Positions 55,976-64,000 of a stretch of 64,000 bases of DNA are shown one piece after another. Made by a program: the position numbers and the translations under genes. How positions within the stretch are numbered: the first letter of the stretch is position 1; each line of letters starts with the position of its first letter. A model generated the notes under the pieces. The model worked only from the letters and a program-made list of their open reading frames with translations. It did no database searches and was not told the origin of the DNA. This stretch comes from an uncultured bacterium (GTDB lineage: Bacteria > Krumholzibacteriota > Krumholzibacteriia > JACNKJ01), in the NCBI GenBank assembly GCA_963695095.1, contig CAVOFT010000001.1, forward strand, positions 1,718,902 to 1,782,901, read 5' to 3'.

Positions 55976-57030
55976 AGCCGCGGCTCACGATCGAGACCCT
56001 GCGCCTGACGACGCGCTATCCCTTTGTCATCGCGCGGGGCGGGGCGCAGCAGTTCGAGAATCTCGTCCTCGCGATCGAGGCCGACGGCCTCGTGGGCGAG
56101 GGCGAGGGCAGTCCCACGCACTACTATGGCGAGACGCCGGCAATCAGCCGCGCGGCGCTGGAGTTCCTGCTCGCGGAGCTGGCGGAGCCGCTGGCGGCGG
56201 CGCTCGCCACGCTGTCGCCGGAGGCCATCGCGGCCCTCATGGCCGCCGCCGATCGCCGGCTGGCCGGCAATCCGGCCGCCAAGGCCGCCCTGGACGGCGC
56301 GCTCTGGGACCTCCACGGCAAGCAGCAGGGCGCGCCCGTCTGGCGGCTGCTCGGATTCACGGAGCCCGCGCGCCTGGCCAGCTCCTTCACCATCGCCCTG
56401 GCTGAGCCCGAACTGATGCTCGCGCGGGCCGAGGAGGCGGTGGCGGCCGGCTACGGCATCCTCAAGCTCAAGGCCGGCAGCGAGCGGGACATCGAGCTGG
56501 TGGAGGCCGTCGCCGCGGCCACGGGTGCGCGCCTGCGCGTGGACGCGAACGGGAGCTGGCGCGCCGCCGATGCCCTCGCCAAGCTCGAGCGCCTGGCCAT
56601 GGCCGGCGTCGAGTTCGTCGAGCAGCCGCTGGAGCTGGACGACCTCGCCGGCTACCGCGCCCTCGTCAGTCGCGCGCCGCTGCCCATCGTGCTCGACGAG
56701 AGCGTCCACGATGCGCTGGGCCTGGAGGTCTTCGGCGAGCTGGCCGACGGCATCAACCTGAAGATCTCCAAGCTGGGCGGGATCACGCGTTCGCTCGCCC
56801 TCGCCCGCAGCGCGCGGGTCTTGAACCTCGACCTGATGATGGGCTGCATGATCGAAAGCAGTCTGGGCATTGCCCAGGCGCTGCAGCTCGCGCCTTTGCT
56901 GCGCTGGGCGGACCTGGACGGCGCGCTGCTGCTCGCCGCCGACCCCTACGCGGGCTTGACCGAGGCGGCGGGGGTCTTCACCCTGGGCGAGGAACCGGGT
57001 CTGGGCGTTCATCGGAGGGAGGCTCGCTGA
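55972..57030 (+). CDS. Dipeptide (L-Ala-D/L-Glu) epimerase, enolase superfamily
   Basis: PFVIARG; ALWDL; KLK; RVDANG; VEQPL; DES; NLKISKLGG; GCMIES; DLDG. Confidence 0.9.
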   Translation: MKPRLTIETLRLTTRYPFVIARGGAQQFENLVLAIEADGLVGEGEGSPTHYYGETPAISRAALEFLLAELAEPLAAALATLSPEAIAALMAAADRRLAGNPAAKAALDGALWDLHGKQQGAPVWRLLGFTEPARLASSFTIALAEPELMLARAEEAVAAGYGILKLKAGSERDIELVEAVAAATGARLRVDANGSWRAADALAKLERLAMAGVEFVEQPLELDDLAGYRALVSRAPLPIVLDESVHDALGLEVFGELADGINLKISKLGGITRSLALARSARVLNLDLMMGCMIESSLGIAQALQLAPLLRWADLDGALLLAADPYAGLTEAAGVFTLGEEPGLGVHRREAR

Positions 57031-57545
57031 TGCGACTCAAGCAGGTGGCCGTGATCGGAGACGCGGAGGCTTCCGAAGCCGCCCTCGTCTTCGCCGAAGC
57101 GCTGGGCCGCGCCATCGGACGCCACGGCTGGGCGCTCGTCTCGGGCGGCCGGGACGGCGTGATGGGCGCGGCCAGCCGCGGCTGCCGCGCGGCGGGGGGC
57201 ATCGTCGTCGGTATCCTGCCCAGCGCCGACGACAGCGCCGGCAACGAGCACTGCCAGGTGCTCCTGCCCACGGGCATGGGCTGGACGCGCAACAGTCTCA
57301 CCGCCCTGGCGGGGGACGTCGTCGTCGCCATCGGCGGCCGCGCCGGCACGCTCACCGAGATCGCCTATGCCTGGAGCTACGGCAAGCCCATCCTGGCCGC
57401 GACCGGCCTGGGCGGCTGGAGCGAGCGCCTGGCCGGCGAGGCCATCGACGACCGCCGACCCGACCGCCTGCAACCGGTGGCCACGGCGGCGGCGGCCGAG
57501 GCGGCCCTGCTGGCCCTGCTCGGCGAGGGCGAGGCCCGCGCGTGA
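57030..57545 (+). CDS. TIGR00725/LOG-like Rossmann-fold protein
   Basis: VAVIG; GGRDGVMGAASRG; VGILP; TGMGWTRN; GGRAGTLTE. Confidence 0.85.
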   Translation: MRLKQVAVIGDAEASEAALVFAEALGRAIGRHGWALVSGGRDGVMGAASRGCRAAGGIVVGILPSADDSAGNEHCQVLLPTGMGWTRNSLTALAGDVVVAIGGRAGTLTEIAYAWSYGKPILAATGLGGWSERLAGEAIDDRRPDRLQPVATAAAAEAALLALLGEGEARA

Positions 57546-58807
57546 GGCCGCTGCCGCGCATCCGCGAATCCGGACTCCGCGAGCTGCCCAGGCGCCTCGT
57601 CTGGCTTGGCCTGGCCCTGGCGCTGGCCGAACGCCTGCTGGCCTGGCTCCTGCTCGGCGCCGGCCTGCCCACGCACGGCTTCGAATCCGGGGTGATCGCG
57701 GACAACCTGCTCGCCGGGCGCGGCTACACGATGCCCTTCTACTACTGCGACGTGCCGATCCGCTCCTTCATCCCGCCGCTCTATCCGCTGCTGATGGCGG
57801 CCGCCAAGGCGCTCAGCCCGCACTGGGTGCTCCTGCTCCAGGGCCTGCAAATCGCAGCCTCCCTGCTCAACGCCCTGCTCGCCGGCGAGATCGCGGGCCG
57901 CTGGTTCGGTCGCCGCGCGATGATCGGCAGCTTCTTCCTCGTCGCGCTCTACCCGGTCTTCGCGGTCTACTCGCTGGCCATCTTCTCGACCACGCTGATC
58001 ATGACCTGGGTGCTCGTCCTGGTGAACCTGATGGATCGCGTCGAGGCCCCGCATCCCCTGCGCATGGGCGGCCTGACCGGACTCTTCCACGGCCTGGCCA
58101 TTCTCACCTCGCCGCCGCTGGGCCTGCTCGGCCTGCTCTTCCTGTTCCGGCTCTGGCGCTTCCGGCACCCGGGGCGGCTGCGGCGCACCCTGGCCTACCT
58201 GGCGGTGCTCGCCGCCGTCTGGAGCCCCTGGGTCCTGCGCAATGCGCGCGTCCATGGCACGCTCCTGCTGACCAGCACGAACGGCGGCTTCAACTTCCTG
58301 GTCGGCAACAACCCGCATGCGGGCGGCTACACCTGGGGCGAGTTCACCCTGGAGGACAGGTTCTGGCAGGTGGTGGAGCGCGAGCGCGTGGACACGCTGC
58401 CCGAGCCGGCCCTCGAGCGCTGGTTCTACCGCCGCGCCCTGGGCTACATCGCCGCCGATCCCTGGCACTACCTGGGCTTCTTCCTGCAGAAGGTCTACTA
58501 CTTCTGGTGGTGCCGCGACGTCACGCGCTTCGGCTATCCGACGCCCTGGAGCGTCGCCTACCAGTCGCTCTACGCCTTCCTGTTGCCATTCGTTCTGCTG
58601 GGCCTGCTGCTCTGGGCCCGCCGCTGGCGCCGGCTCTTTCCGGCCTACTTCCTGTTCGCCCAGTACAGTCTGCTCTACGGGCTCTACTTCGTGCGCAGCC
58701 GCTTCCGGTGGGAGATCGAGCCCCTGCTCCTGGTGTTCGCCGTGGCCGGCTGGCTGGAGATCCTGCGCCGCTTGCGCGGCGGCGCCCGCGCAGAGGAGGA
58801 GTGGTGA
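57542..58807 (+). CDS. GT-C (ArnT/PMT-like) membrane glycosyltransferase
   Basis: IADNLLAGRGY; PPLYP; PWVLRN; GGFNFLVGNNP; RFR; multiple TMs. Confidence 0.75.
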   Translation: MRPLPRIRESGLRELPRRLVWLGLALALAERLLAWLLLGAGLPTHGFESGVIADNLLAGRGYTMPFYYCDVPIRSFIPPLYPLLMAAAKALSPHWVLLLQGLQIAASLLNALLAGEIAGRWFGRRAMIGSFFLVALYPVFAVYSLAIFSTTLIMTWVLVLVNLMDRVEAPHPLRMGGLTGLFHGLAILTSPPLGLLGLLFLFRLWRFRHPGRLRRTLAYLAVLAAVWSPWVLRNARVHGTLLLTSTNGGFNFLVGNNPHAGGYTWGEFTLEDRFWQVVERERVDTLPEPALERWFYRRALGYIAADPWHYLGFFLQKVYYFWWCRDVTRFGYPTPWSVAYQSLYAFLLPFVLLGLLLWARRWRRLFPAYFLFAQYSLLYGLYFVRSRFRWEIEPLLLVFAVAGWLEILRRLRGGARAEEEW

Positions 58808-59232
58808 TCCATCCCATGCTCTGGGCCGCGCTCGCGAGCGGGCTGGCGGCCCAGCTCTACAAGGTGCTCGTCGAGAGTCTGCGCGAGCGGCGCCTGAAGC
58901 TCTACCGCTTCTTCGAAACCGGCGGCATGCCCAGCAGCCACACGGCCGTGGTGACCAGCCTCGCCGTCGGCGCCTGGCGGGTCAACGGCTTCGACTCGCC
59001 CTTGTTCGCGATCACGGCCGTCTTCAGCCTCTACTTCATCCTGGAGGCCACCGGTCTGCGCCAGGAGGTGGGCAAGCAGGCGCGGGTGCTCAACGAGATC
59101 CTCGACGAGCTGATCGACACCCGCCATTTCGCCCGCGAGCGCACCCGCGAGCTGCTCGGCCACACCTGGAGCGAGGTGGGCTGGGGCTTCTTGCTCGGCC
59201 TGGTGGTGACCGTGCTGCTGGTCCGACCCTGA
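58804..59232 (+). CDS. Divergent PAP2 family protein (DUF212)
   Basis: AQLYK; TGGMPSSHTA; ATGLRQEVGKQARVLN; ELLGHTWSEV. Confidence 0.9.
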   Translation: MIHPMLWAALASGLAAQLYKVLVESLRERRLKLYRFFETGGMPSSHTAVVTSLAVGAWRVNGFDSPLFAITAVFSLYFILEATGLRQEVGKQARVLNEILDELIDTRHFARERTRELLGHTWSEVGWGFLLGLVVTVLLVRP

Positions 59233-59260
59233 ACGCCGCCGATTCCCGAGCAGGAAATCC

Positions 59261-59360
59261 TTGACGGTTTTCGGACCTCGCCGCACCATCCGCAAGCGGA
59301 GACCCCGACAGCCCTGCGCGCCATCCGAGCGGGTCCTCCGGGCGCCCGGACTCAGGAGGT
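59261..59360 (+). promoter_or_regulatory. Promoter and structured leader of the parA-CBM48 operon
   Basis: TTGACG(59261-59266)-N17-CACCAT; 14-bp palindrome TCCGGGCGCCCGGA (59337-59350); RBS AGGAGGT. Confidence 0.5.
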
Positions 59361-59366
59361 AATCGG

Positions 59367-60449
59367 ATGAAGGTACTGGCCGTCGTCAATCAGAAGGGGG
59401 GCTGCGGCAAGACCACCCTGGCGATCCACCTTGCCGCCGCCTGGGCCAAGGAGGGCTTCCGGGTCCTGCTCGTGGACCTCGATCCCCAGGGTCATGCCTC
59501 GCTCGGCCTCGGCGTCGAAGTCGAGAACTGCGCTCGCGGCTCCTACGATCTGCTCAGCGATCCCGCGGCGACGCTGGCCGAGATGGCCGTGCCGGTCCAG
59601 GCCCATCTCGACCTGGTGCCCGGCGGCATCATCCTCTCGGCCGCCGAGCAGGAGCTGGCCCGCCAGCCCGGACGGGAGAGCCGTCTGCGCAGCGCACTCC
59701 TGCGCCACGGGGGCGCCTACGACTGGGTCGTGGTGGATACGGCGCCTGCGGTGGGGCTGCTGACCTTCAATGCCCTGGTGGCGGCCGATGCCCTGCTCGT
59801 GCCCGTCGACAGCAGCACCTTCACCCTGCACGGCCTGCAGAAGATTCTCGAGACCCTGGAAGTGCTCGAAGAGGAAACGCGCCGCCGGCCGGCCTGCTTC
59901 GTGGCGGCCAACCAGTTCGACCCGCGCACGCTCTTCAGCCGCGAGCTCTATGCCGAGCTGGCGGCCAACAGCCGGATCCGTCTGCTCGAAACGCGCGTGC
60001 GCAGCAGCGTCCGCGTCAAGATGGCCGCCGCCGGCGGCGTGCCCGTCATGGACCTGGCGCAGCCGGGGCCCGTCCGCCTGGACTTCGAGAACCTGGCCGA
60101 GGAGCTGTGGAACCATCTCACCGAGCTCAGCCTGGAGCGGGACCGCGAACTGGAGTCCCTGCTCTTCGGCCCCCAGCTCTGCGAGGAGGGCATCCGCTTC
60201 CGCCTGCGCGCCCCCGAGGCGCGCGAGGTCTATCTCACCGGCAGCTTCAACCACTGGAATCCCGGCGGCATCCCGCTCGCGCCGCGACCCGGGGCCAGCG
60301 GCGCCTGGGAGGTCGTGCTGCCCCTGACGCCGGGCAACTACGAGTACCGCTACATCGTCGACGGCCGGTGGGTGACCGATCCCAGCCATCAGCAGACCCG
60401 CCTCAACGACCTGGGCGTGGAGAACTCGCTGCTCGTCGTCGGCGGCTAG
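59367..60449 (+). CDS. ParA/Soj-family ATPase fused to a C-terminal AMPK-type glycogen-binding CBM48 domain
   Basis: ParA: NQKGGCGKTT, VDLDPQGHAS, VVDTAP, NALVAAD. CBM48: APEAREVYLTGSFNHW...GAWEVVLPLTPGNYEYRYIVDGRWVTDP...NS. Confidence 0.9.
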   Translation: MKVLAVVNQKGGCGKTTLAIHLAAAWAKEGFRVLLVDLDPQGHASLGLGVEVENCARGSYDLLSDPAATLAEMAVPVQAHLDLVPGGIILSAAEQELARQPGRESRLRSALLRHGGAYDWVVVDTAPAVGLLTFNALVAADALLVPVDSSTFTLHGLQKILETLEVLEEETRRRPACFVAANQFDPRTLFSRELYAELAANSRIRLLETRVRSSVRVKMAAAGGVPVMDLAQPGPVRLDFENLAEELWNHLTELSLERDRELESLLFGPQLCEEGIRFRLRAPEAREVYLTGSFNHWNPGGIPLAPRPGASGAWEVVLPLTPGNYEYRYIVDGRWVTDPSHQQTRLNDLGVENSLLVVGG

Positions 60450-60465
60450 CGCGAAGGGGCGCCGC

Positions 60466-61168
60466 ATGAGGCCGGCGAGCGGAGAGCGACGCCAGAGCAA
60501 TCACATCCGCAGCATTTCCTGGCTCTTCCTGAGCGAGGGCAAGCGGCGCGCCGGCCCTGCCCCTGGCACCGCCCACTGCCTGCTGCCGCCTCGCGGGAGC
60601 GCCCGGCTCGCCCTGGTTGCTCGCCCTGGCCGTGAATCTGGGCCTCGCCGCTCGCCAGCGGGGCGAGAGCGCCTGCCTCGAGTTGCCGGCCGCCAGCCTC
60701 CCGGTGGCGGCCCGTCTTCTCGGCGCGGCGCCGGAGGCCCTCGGCCTCGACTGGCGCAGCGGCGCCGCGGCGCCCGCCTGGCTGGAGCCGCTGCCGGCGC
60801 TCTATCTCGCCTCCGCGCTGCCTACGCTGCCGCTGGGCCTGCCCGCCTGCCGCTGGCGCTTCCAGCTCGGCGAGGGGCCGCTGCCGGGGGCAAGTCCCGT
60901 CCTCGCCCTGCTGGAAGGTCCCGAAGCGCTGCTGCCGGCGGCGGCGGGCGCGCCGCTCTTCCTGCTTGGCCTGGAGTGCCTGCCGGTGCCCCGCCCCGGG
61001 GTGACGGGGATCTGGGGGCCGCTGGCTCGGCACCAGCTCCTCGATCCGCGCCGCGAAGGCACGCCTGCCCTCCGCGCGGGGGACGCAGCGGTCGCCCGCC
61101 GCTATGGCGGCTTCCTGGAAGCGCTCCGTTCCATGCCGGCGCCCAGTCGGCAGGAGCAGCCCGCATGA
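60466..61168 (+). CDS. Hypothetical protein resembling a degenerate ParA/MinD-like fold (frameshift between about 60533 and 60615)
   Basis: N-terminus MRPASG..IRSISWLFLS in one frame; continues in the +1 frame as CRLAGAPGSPWLLALAVNLGLAARQRGESACLE; its stop overlaps the next ATG. Confidence 0.45.
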
Positions 61169-61488
61169 GCCCCGCCGCGCCCAGCCCTGCGCAGCTCCCG
61201 GCGATGGAGCCCGTGGTGGCCGTGCTCCTGCGGCGCTTCGAGCTGCAGCTCACCCAGCTCGACGCGCGCATCCGCCTCGAGGAGAGCCCCCTGCGCCGGG
61301 TCTATCGCCTCGACGATCAGGTGCTCGCCGTGCTGCATCTGCATCGGGACCTCTTCCGCCTGGAGACGGGCGGCGTACCGAGCTGGGAGGCCCGGATCCG
61401 CAGCCCGGAAGAGGCCCTGGCCGGCCTCGCCCGCGTGCTGGACCACTACTGGCGGCTCCTGGCGAGCGGCGCGCGGCGCGAAGCCTGA
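61165..61488 (+). CDS. Small hypothetical protein
   Basis: ATGA overlap; RBS AGGAG; globular-looking 107 aa with coding-like codon usage. Confidence 0.65.
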   Translation: MSPAAPSPAQLPAMEPVVAVLLRRFELQLTQLDARIRLEESPLRRVYRLDDQVLAVLHLHRDLFRLETGGVPSWEARIRSPEEALAGLARVLDHYWRLLASGARREA

Positions 61489-61596
61489 GCCGCGCCGCGG
61501 CCGTCCCGATGCCCCTGGACTTGCCCCTGAGCTTGCGGCATCATGGCGGCCGGATTTGTCGCCACGGCCGCCAGGCCGCCAACCCCGGAGAGAGCC

Positions 61597-63042
61597 ATGA
61601 AGGACAAGGTGCTCGCGGCCATCGAGACGGCGCGCCTGCGCGGCGCCGACTACGCCGATGCCCGCTGGGTCGAGACCCGCACGGAAGAGCTGATGGTGAA
61701 GAACGGCGCCCTCGCTCTGGCCGAGCTGCGCGGCACGCAGGGGGTCGGCATCCGCGTGCTCAAGGGCGGCGCCTGGGGTTTCGCCGCCACGGATCGCCTG
61801 GAAGGCGACAGCCTCCCCGCGGCCGCTGCGCGCGCCGTTGCCCTGGCCGAAGCCAGCGCGCGGGTGATGGCCGAGCCCGTGCGCCTGGCCGCCGAGCCGG
61901 CGGTCAAGGCCAGCTGGGCGACGCCGCGCGCCATCGATCCCTTCGCGGTCGCCCGCGAGGAGAAGCTCGATCTGCTCAGCCGCGTCGAGCGGGAGCTGCA
62001 TGTCGACGAGCGGGTGAAGGTGGGCCAGGCCCAGATGCTCTTCGACCAGCAGAAGATCCTCTTCGTCTCCAGCGAGGGCGCCGAACTCGAGCAGGACCTG
62101 CTCACCAGCGGCGGCGGCCTGGTCGCCATCGCGGCGGACGGCAACACCATCGAGCGCCGCAGCTGGCCCAACTCGGCCGGCGGCATGCACCTGGGCGCGG
62201 GCTACGAGGTGATCGCCGAGTATGCGCTCGCGGACAACGCCCGCCGGGCGGCGGAAGAGGCCGTGGCCCTGCTCGGCGCCGATCCCTGCCCGGTGGGGGA
62301 GCGGGACATCCTGCTCGACTGGTCGCAGCTCGCCCTGCAGATCCACGAGTCCTGCGGGCACGCCAGCGAGCTGGACCGCGTGCTCGGCATGGAGGCCAAC
62401 TTCGCCGGCCGCAGCTTCCTGACGCCCGAGAAGCTGGGCGTGTTCACCTACGGCTCGCCGCAGGTGAACCTGGTCGCCGACAATACCCTGCCCCGGGGCC
62501 TGGCCACGCGCGGCTGGGACGATGAGGGCGTGGCGGCGCAGAAGTGGCATGTCGTCGAGAACGGGCGCTTCGCCGCCTATCTCACCAGCCGCGAGCTGGC
62601 CGCGGTGGAGAAGAACCCGCGCAGTCGCGGCTGCAATCGGGCCGAGGGCTGGAATCGCATTCCCATCATCCGCATTCCGAACCTCGGCCTGGCACCGGGC
62701 AGCTGGGAGCTGGACGATCTCATCGCCGACAGCGAAGACGGCATCTGGATGGAGACGAACCGCAGCTGGAGCATCGACCAGATGCGGCTGAATTTCCAGT
62801 TCTCCACCGAGATCGGCTGGGAGATCAAGAAGGGCAAGAAGGCGCGCATGCTGCGCGGCTGCACCTACCAGGGGCGCACGCCGGACTTCTGGGCCGCCTG
62901 CGATGCCGTCTGCAGCGAGAAGTGGTGGCGGCCCTATGGCGTCCTCAACTGCGGCAAGGGAGAGCCAGGGCAGATCGCCCGCATGACGCACGGCTCGGCC
63001 CCGGCCCGCTTCCGCAAGATCCGCGTGGGGGTGAGCGAATGA
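61597..63042 (+). CDS. tldD: TldD family metalloprotease
   Basis: YADAR; GVGIRV; GAWGFA; IHESCGHASELD (HExxxH); WDDEG; CGKGEPGQ. Confidence 0.92.
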   Translation: MKDKVLAAIETARLRGADYADARWVETRTEELMVKNGALALAELRGTQGVGIRVLKGGAWGFAATDRLEGDSLPAAAARAVALAEASARVMAEPVRLAAEPAVKASWATPRAIDPFAVAREEKLDLLSRVERELHVDERVKVGQAQMLFDQQKILFVSSEGAELEQDLLTSGGGLVAIAADGNTIERRSWPNSAGGMHLGAGYEVIAEYALADNARRAAEEAVALLGADPCPVGERDILLDWSQLALQIHESCGHASELDRVLGMEANFAGRSFLTPEKLGVFTYGSPQVNLVADNTLPRGLATRGWDDEGVAAQKWHVVENGRFAAYLTSRELAAVEKNPRSRGCNRAEGWNRIPIIRIPNLGLAPGSWELDDLIADSEDGIWMETNRSWSIDQMRLNFQFSTEIGWEIKKGKKARMLRGCTYQGRTPDFWAACDAVCSEKWWRPYGVLNCGKGEPGQIARMTHGSAPARFRKIRVGVSE

Positions 63043-63998
63043 TCGGCGAGCAGGAATTCCGGGCGATCCGGGAGCGGGTGCTGAAGGCCAGCCAGGCTGA
63101 CGAAGTCGAGCTCACGCTGGGCGGCGGCCGCGAGGAGCTGACGCGCTTCGGCGAGAATCGCATCACCCAGAACGTCTCCGAGGAGCGCTACGAGCTGCGG
63201 GTGCGCGCGCGCCTGGGCAAGCGGCAGGGCCTGGCCACCACCAATGACCTCTCGCCGGCGGGGCTTGCCCGCTGTGTCGAGAACGCCGAAGCCATCGCCC
63301 GCATCCAGCCCGAGAGCGAGCGGGTGATCGAGTTCCAGGCGGGCGGCGAGCGCTGCGAGGACGGCGCCTGGGCCGCCGACACCGCTGCTATCGACGCTGC
63401 CGCCCGGGCCCGCTGGGTGGAGACGGCCGTCAAGGTGGCCGCCGGCCAGGGCATCGAGCTCGGCGGCATCGCGCTGGCGAGCGAGGGCTCCATCGGCGAC
63501 TACGGCGAGATCGAGCCCTTCGCCGTGGCCAACAGCGCGGGCCTGTTCCGCTTCGGCAAGAAGACGCGCGCCGTCTTCGAGGTGAGCGCGGCCAAGGCCG
63601 ACGGCGCCGGGCGCAGCCGCGTGCTGGCCAGGAGCGCGGCGGCGGTGGATCCCGCGCGCATCGCCGAGGACGCCTGCCGGCGCTGCCTGGAGAGCCGCGA
63701 GCCCGCCACGCTCGCGCCGGGGGACTACACGGTGATCTTCGAGGCCGAGGCCGCCCAGGATCTGCTCTTCTTCCTCACCTACCTTGGCTTCAACGGGCTG
63801 GCGGTGGCCGAGAAGCGCAGTCCGCTGGGCGAGCGGCTCGGCGAGCGCGTCTTCGGCGAGAACATCACGCTGCGCGAGGTGCCGTCGGATGCGAGGCTCT
63901 TCGGCCTCGGCTTCGATGCGGAGGGCGTGGATACGCAGGCGGTGACGCTCATCGACAAGGGCGTGCTCACGAGCTTCCTGCACGACCGCAGCAGCGCC
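63039..63998 (+). CDS. TldE/PmbA family protein (3' end outside window)
   Basis: ATGA overlap with tldD; LTRFGENRITQN; LAPGDYTVIFE; FDAEG. Confidence 0.85.
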   Translation, partial: MIGEQEFRAIRERVLKASQADEVELTLGGGREELTRFGENRITQNVSEERYELRVRARLGKRQGLATTNDLSPAGLARCVENAEAIARIQPESERVIEFQAGGERCEDGAWAADTAAIDAAARARWVETAVKVAAGQGIELGGIALASEGSIGDYGEIEPFAVANSAGLFRFGKKTRAVFEVSAAKADGAGRSRVLARSAAAVDPARIAEDACRRCLESREPATLAPGDYTVIFEAEAAQDLLFFLTYLGFNGLAVAEKRSPLGERLGERVFGENITLREVPSDARLFGLGFDAEGVDTQAVTLIDKGVLTSFLHDRSSA

Positions 63999-64000
63999 CG

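Noticed and set aside
59367-60449. Chromosome-partition parA or plasmid/prophage marker
   Set aside because: No parB, origin-region genes or mobile-element genes nearby; the CBM48 fusion points to another cargo

Overview
A 64-kb, very GC-rich, gene-dense stretch of bacterial chromosome. Secreted proteins ending in a FlgD-Ig/T9SS-like 'PNPFNP' domain, a DUF6029-like protein and a TlpA suggest an FCB-group candidate lineage such as Krumholzibacteriota/Latescibacterota (inference). I see no rRNA, tRNA, CRISPR array or mobile element. In order, the window holds: envelope and secreted proteins; an archaeal-type (class II) GAPDH-like gene; suhB; system II cytochrome c maturation genes; moaD/moaE; pepA; two GT4 glycosyltransferases; acpS; an NYN/Rae1-like nuclease; a transglutaminase-like protein; xth; an ArsR-led polysulfide/thiosulfate reductase module (psrABC, two yeeE-like genes, mobA); a TrmH-family methylase; a UvrD helicase with an inserted DEDDh exonuclease; a complex I operon with nuoA,C,E,F,H,J,K,L,M,N but no nuoB,D,G,I; a SpoIVB(S55) peptidase and beta-propeller pair; DUF1611 plus a dipeptide epimerase; and tldD/tldE. 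The best candidate for an undescribed system is a three-gene operon at 59.4-61.5 kb. It encodes a Soj/ParA ATPase fused to an AMPK-type glycogen-binding CBM48, then a degenerate ParA-like protein, then a small hypothetical protein, and could position or partition glycogen granules. Many conserved genes carry frameshifts, most likely assembly indels. All family calls are from motif recognition by eye, not database searches.
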